A stretch of DNA of 46,256 nt, taken from positions 1 to 46,256 of the IMG/VR virus record IMGVR_UViG_3300037511_000147; one strand, written 5' to 3'. Under the pieces are notes generated by a model that made no database searches, was not told the DNA's origin, and worked only from the letters and a program-made list of their open reading frames with translations. The position numbers and the translations under genes are program-made. This document shows, piece after piece, positions 42,804-46,256 of this stretch; the first letter of the stretch is position 1, and each line of letters opens with the position of its first letter. The DNA comes from a virus (taxonomy: Duplodnaviria; Caudoviricetes).

Positions 42804-43511
42804 ATGAGCACTCTTGAAGCCCGTAACTACGTCGCCACCGCCGCCGATGCCGCTAACCTGGCCGCCCAGATGTTCGAGGCGCGCGAAGCGACCGACACCG
42901 TGCCGCGCCTCTACCTCCGCGCGCTGGTCGCAACAACCATCCACGAACTGGGTGCGACGCAGCGCCAGCGTGCGGCGAAGCCTGTGAAGATCAACGACGA
43001 GGAGCAAGCCCAGGAGCTTGCCGCACTCGACAAGGTAATCGATCTGCTGTACCCGCCTATCCTGGCGCGGTACAAGGAGAAGCTCGGCGCCGGCCGCTCC
43101 AAGGAGGTGAATAGCGAGACCAACTGGGCCCGCGGCGCTCACCGCGACGTGCGCAACTGGGTCCGTGCCGGGCACAGTCTGACCACCTTCGCCGCCGCGC
43201 GGCTCACCAAGGCTATGCTGGCGGTAAAGACGAAGGCTCGACCGCCGCAGCCCGCCCGCATCAAATCGCGCATGGAGCGCGACAGTCAGGCGATCCTGTC
43301 TGCAGCGAAGGAGCTCGCCGCCCTCGACAGAGACGGCGCTATCGCGAGCATCCAAGTAATCATGGGTCAGCTCGCAAGCCAGCTGCGCGGGCTGGGCGTC
43401 GAGGCAACGAAGGACCCCCGCGAGGCCGTGGCGGAGCATCTGCCGCTGCGCGTCGGCAAGAATGTGTTCTTCCCGACTGACATGCTGCACCAGATGGAAC
43501 GGCCGTCGTGA
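42804..43511 (+). CDS. Hypothetical helical protein
   Basis: GGAG RBS; first gene after promoter 2; 235 aa. Confidence 0.85.
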   Translation: MSTLEARNYVATAADAANLAAQMFEAREATDTVPRLYLRALVATTIHELGATQRQRAAKPVKINDEEQAQELAALDKVIDLLYPPILARYKEKLGAGRSKEVNSETNWARGAHRDVRNWVRAGHSLTTFAAARLTKAMLAVKTKARPPQPARIKSRMERDSQAILSAAKELAALDRDGAIASIQVIMGQLASQLRGLGVEATKDPREAVAEHLPLRVGKNVFFPTDMLHQMERPS

Positions 43512-43732
43512 GCGCGATAGGGCTCGGCACAGGATTGGACCCGATGGAGCGGGCCGCTATCCTGCGGCTGGTCCGATCCCAGCTCGACTCCATGAAGCGG
43601 GAAAGAGATCACATGGAGCGCATGGCGCACTTGGGGGACCGCACGGCCGAGGCCGCTTTCACGGCGCTAGATATGGAGATCCGCGCCGTGGAGTCGGCAG
43701 TAAAAAAGCTCTGGATGGAACGGCCCCCGTAG
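43508..43732 (+). CDS. Hypothetical coiled-coil protein
   Basis: GTGA overlap; followed by a terminator. Confidence 0.7.
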   Translation: MSAIGLGTGLDPMERAAILRLVRSQLDSMKRERDHMERMAHLGDRTAEAAFTALDMEIRAVESAVKKLWMERPP

Positions 43733-43759
43733 ATCCCTAGTGCTGATCAGCACTGAAAC

Positions 43760-43793
43760 ACGCCGCGCGACCCTTGCGCGGCGTTTTCGTTTC
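43760..43793 (+). terminator. Rho-independent terminator
   Basis: ACGCCGCGCGA-CCC-TTGCGCGGCGT followed by TTTCGTTT. Confidence 0.75.
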
Positions 43794-43810
43794 TGGCAGT
43801 CTCGCGCGCC

Positions 43811-44146
43811 ATGTTCTTCAGAAAGGGCGCGGCAGCCGTACTCGCCGCAAGCATCCGAGGCGCACTCATTGGCGCCGTTGAGAAACTCAACGCTCGCAGC
43901 CACCTCAAGGGTGGTATCGCTCTGGAGCGTGCAACGCGGGCCGTCCTGGCACCGCGCCCGGTAATGCCGCTGTTCGGGTGGGGGCAGGAGTCCAAAGGCC
44001 CGCACCGCCGTCATCCCATGTGGCCGCGCAATCACTACTCCACTACGTGGCATCCGTCCGCCCGTCACGGCGAACAGGAATGCGCGCGGCGCCGCCGACA
44101 GATCGCGCGCGGGCAGCTCACCAAGGCGAACGGCCTCACGGTATGA
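43811..44146 (+). CDS. Hypothetical basic protein
   Basis: HGEQECARRRRQIARGQL motif seen in phage hypothetical proteins; ATGA overlap downstream. Confidence 0.65.
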   Translation: MFFRKGAAAVLAASIRGALIGAVEKLNARSHLKGGIALERATRAVLAPRPVMPLFGWGQESKGPHRRHPMWPRNHYSTTWHPSARHGEQECARRRRQIARGQLTKANGLTV

Positions 44147-44301
44147 ACCCGTTCGCGTGGTTCCGCATGCAGACGTTGGTGCGACCGAAGCGTCCGACCT
44201 ACATTGAGCCGCCTGACGTGCCGACCAGTGCGCCGCGGCAATTCTACTCGCGCGTCAACGCGCTGGTGTCGTGGCTCAACTTCCATCGGGAGACCGTATG
44301 A
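44143..44301 (+). CDS. Small hypothetical protein
   Basis: ATGA overlaps at both ends (MNPFAWFR...). Confidence 0.5.
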   Translation: MNPFAWFRMQTLVRPKRPTYIEPPDVPTSAPRQFYSRVNALVSWLNFHRETV

Positions 44302-44432
44302 GCGGCGAAGACTTCGCGTTCTTCTATTGGTACACCCGTAAATGGGGGCAAGCGCAATGCCGCTGCTCCGACTGTCGCGCGATGTTCCACCGCTTCTGGC
44401 GGCGCTGCCAGCGCTGGCAGCGCAGCTACTGA
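44298..44432 (+). CDS. Small CRCxxC protein (44 aa)
   Basis: GGAG RBS; QCRCSDCR motif. Confidence 0.55.
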   Translation: MSGEDFAFFYWYTRKWGQAQCRCSDCRAMFHRFWRRCQRWQRSY

Positions 44433-44458
44433 TTTTTCTACAACCCCGGAGATAGACG

Positions 44459-44902
44459 ATGCTCGAAAAACTTCTGGAGGCTATTGTCGGCCTCACCAAC
44501 GCGCTTAATGCGCACGCTGCGGCGCTGTCCGCAAACCCTACGAAGGCGGCCAAGGGCAAGGCAGCGACGGAAACGCCCCCTGCTGGCGCCGCGGCAGCCA
44601 ATACTGTGACGGGTACGGGCCCGGCTGCCACACCTCAGAGTGTGCAGAGCGCTGCACCCGCATCACAACCTTCGGCCGCTGCGACGGTGAGCGCGCAGGA
44701 TGCCGGCAACGCCATGGTGTCGGTTGCGAATGAGATCAGCCGCGAGGCTGCGGTCGCGATCCTGGCGAATTTCGGTGCGGCGACGTTTGCCGGCGTGAAG
44801 CCGGACAGCTATGCGGCGTTCAAGGCCGCGTGCGACACCGCGCTCGCCGCGCATCGCGCGAAGGCTGCCGCTCCGGCGACTGGCGCCGCTGGGCTGATGT
44901 AA
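44459..44902 (+). CDS. Conserved protein of the DUF2800-DUF2815-PolA module
   Basis: GGAG RBS; N-terminal helix, Ala/Pro linker, C-terminal REAAVAILANFGAATFAGVKPDSYAAF domain. Confidence 0.8.
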   Translation: MLEKLLEAIVGLTNALNAHAAALSANPTKAAKGKAATETPPAGAAAANTVTGTGPAATPQSVQSAAPASQPSAAATVSAQDAGNAMVSVANEISREAAVAILANFGAATFAGVKPDSYAAFKAACDTALAAHRAKAAAPATGAAGLM

Positions 44903-45102
44903 TGTCGCTGAGCTGGGCGCTCAACAATCCCGCCACCCGCGTCGCCATTTCGGTGACGCGGGAGCGGTGTTGGTATGCGACCATGAAGCAGGTTCGGCGT
45001 GCGTACGACGAAGTCGCCGAGAATGCGAAACGGCATCGCATCGGACTGCATATCAGCTGCAACCTGTACGAACTGCAGAAGAATATAACCCCGCCTCTTT
45101 GA
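44902..45102 (+). CDS. Hypothetical protein
   Basis: TAATG coupling to the previous gene. Confidence 0.5.
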   Translation: MSLSWALNNPATRVAISVTRERCWYATMKQVRRAYDEVAENAKRHRIGLHISCNLYELQKNITPPL

Positions 45103-45114
45103 TATGGTGTAGCA

Positions 45115-46256
45115 GTGGCAGGAACACACAGTTTGTGGTCACCGTCGTCCGCCAAGCGTTGGCGGAAGTGTGCTGGCTCCGTCGTCATGAACGAGGGGCA
45201 GGACAAGGCGAGCAAGGAAGCGGCGGAGGGTACCGTCTATCACGGTGTCTCCGAGTGGGCCCTTACAACGGATCAGCCTTGCACAGCTGCGGTCGGGAAA
45301 CAGCTCAGCGCCGACGGCTTCTCGTTCATCGTGAAGGAAGAGGATGCCGACTACGCCCAGGAGTACGTCGACGCGATCCGCGCCCGCGTGCGCGAGGGGT
45401 GCATCGTCAGCGTCGAGATCAAGACGGACACCAGCGAAACGCTGGGCATCGCCGGGCAGACGGGCACCATCGACGCGCGAGTATTCGACATCCCGAGCGA
45501 AACCATCGAGATGCGCGATCTGAAGTTCGGCCGCGGCGTCAAGGTGTACGCCCGCGAGCCAGACGGCAGCCCGAACGATCAGCTTTTCATCTACGGCTGG
45601 TCAGAGCTGAAGCGCACGCTGTTCATGTGCGACTGGCAATGGCTGAAGCTGGCGATTCACCAGCCTCGCATCGGGCACTACGACGAAATCACTTTGAGCC
45701 GCACCGAGTGCGAGATGCTCGCTGTCCAGCTGCGGCACGACGCGCAGCGCTCGTATGCCGCCTGGCAGCGATACCACGAAGACGCCACCGGCCTCGCCGC
45801 CGTGCTTACTCCATCGCTTGAGGCGTGCCGCTGGTGTGCGCGCGGCGGATCTTGCGTAGTGCGCGCTGACGACGTAATCAACGGAGCAGACCTGACAATG
45901 GCCGCAAAGAATCTCCCGCTCATGACCGGGCTTCAACTTTCCGCCGCGCTCGACTGGGCGGAGAAGGCGGAAGCCCTCATTCGCGCAATGCGCGCTGAGG
46001 CGCTGAACCGCGTGGAGCAGAAGTCGCCCGACGCGCCGCCAGGCTGGAAGACGGTGGAGGGGCGCAAGGGTGACCGCGTTGCCGATCCGGCGGATATCCG
46101 GCGCCGCGCTACCGAAGCCGTGAAGCAGCACACCGCCGGCGACGAAACGTCAGCGATGCGCGACGGCTTGCCGGTCGCGCTGTACACCGAGCCGGAGCTC
46201 AAGTCCGTGGCGCAGATCGAAAAGGCGTGCAAGAAGCTCGGCACGCTCGGCAAGAC
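45115..46256 (+). CDS. DUF2800 / Cas4-like PD-(D/E)xK exonuclease (continues at 12..198)
   Basis: HSLWSPSSAKRWRKCAGS, AAEGTVYH, GTIDA, RDLKFGRG, NDQL.IYG, IHQPR, CRWC...C, GWKTVEGR, LKSVAQIEK. Absent from the ORF track because it runs off the end. Confidence 0.9.
   Translation, partial: MAGTHSLWSPSSAKRWRKCAGSVVMNEGQDKASKEAAEGTVYHGVSEWALTTDQPCTAAVGKQLSADGFSFIVKEEDADYAQEYVDAIRARVREGCIVSVEIKTDTSETLGIAGQTGTIDARVFDIPSETIEMRDLKFGRGVKVYAREPDGSPNDQLFIYGWSELKRTLFMCDWQWLKLAIHQPRIGHYDEITLSRTECEMLAVQLRHDAQRSYAAWQRYHEDATGLAAVLTPSLEACRWCARGGSCVVRADDVINGADLTMAAKNLPLMTGLQLSAALDWAEKAEALIRAMRAEALNRVEQKSPDAPPGWKTVEGRKGDRVADPADIRRRATEAVKQHTAGDETSAMRDGLPVALYTEPELKSVAQIEKACKKLGTLGK

Larger units (their letters stand above)
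1..46256. mobile_element. Complete circularly permuted tailed phage genome (podovirus-like, probably lytic)
   Basis: Full set of terminase, portal, capsid, tail, lysis and replication genes. Identical 11 bp at both ends, with an ORF continuous across the junction. No integrase or repressor recognised. Confidence 0.93.

Noticed and set aside
44967-45821. 284-aa + strand ORF in the track
   Set aside because: It is an off-frame shadow of the DUF2800 nuclease gene, which starts at 45115 and runs across the genome junction.

Overview
The window looks like a complete, circularly permuted, GC-rich tailed-phage genome of about 46.2 kb with podovirus-type tail genes. The first and last 11 bp are identical (CTCGGCAAGAC), and a DUF2800-like nuclease ORF reads in frame across that junction. 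On the + strand, small early genes (37.8-45.1 kb) sit behind two sigma54-type promoters that each have an adjacent IHF site. A replication module follows: DUF2800 nuclease, DUF2815 SSB, family A DNA polymerase, VRR-NUC nuclease, SNF2-like helicase, a Mom-like protein and a primase-helicase. After it come a lysis cassette (GH108 endolysin, holin, Rz/Rz1) and a nucleotide-hydrolase trio (metallophosphoesterase, HD, DUF5664-like). The - strand (36.3 to 13.3 kb) carries terminase, portal, scaffold, capsid, adaptor, a split nozzle, GNAT, ejection and tail-fibre genes. Most notable observations: (1) two glycosyltransferase-like genes (Maf/GT29-like and KpsS-like) plus an HslV-like Ntn peptidase embedded in the head operon, suggesting virion glycosylation; (2) sigma54/IHF/enhancer-type early promoters; (3) two shared terminal peptide tags, a C-terminal AxGL[LFIM] on five DNA-metabolism proteins and [DE][HN]xDLLG on three packaging-region proteins and the primase; (4) an overprinted gene pair at 41.2 kb; (5) a polymerase with deviant motifs alongside dNTP hydrolases but no PurZ. 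I recognised no integrase, repressor, tRNA or CRISPR array. All family assignments come from motif recognition by eye; no database searches were run.
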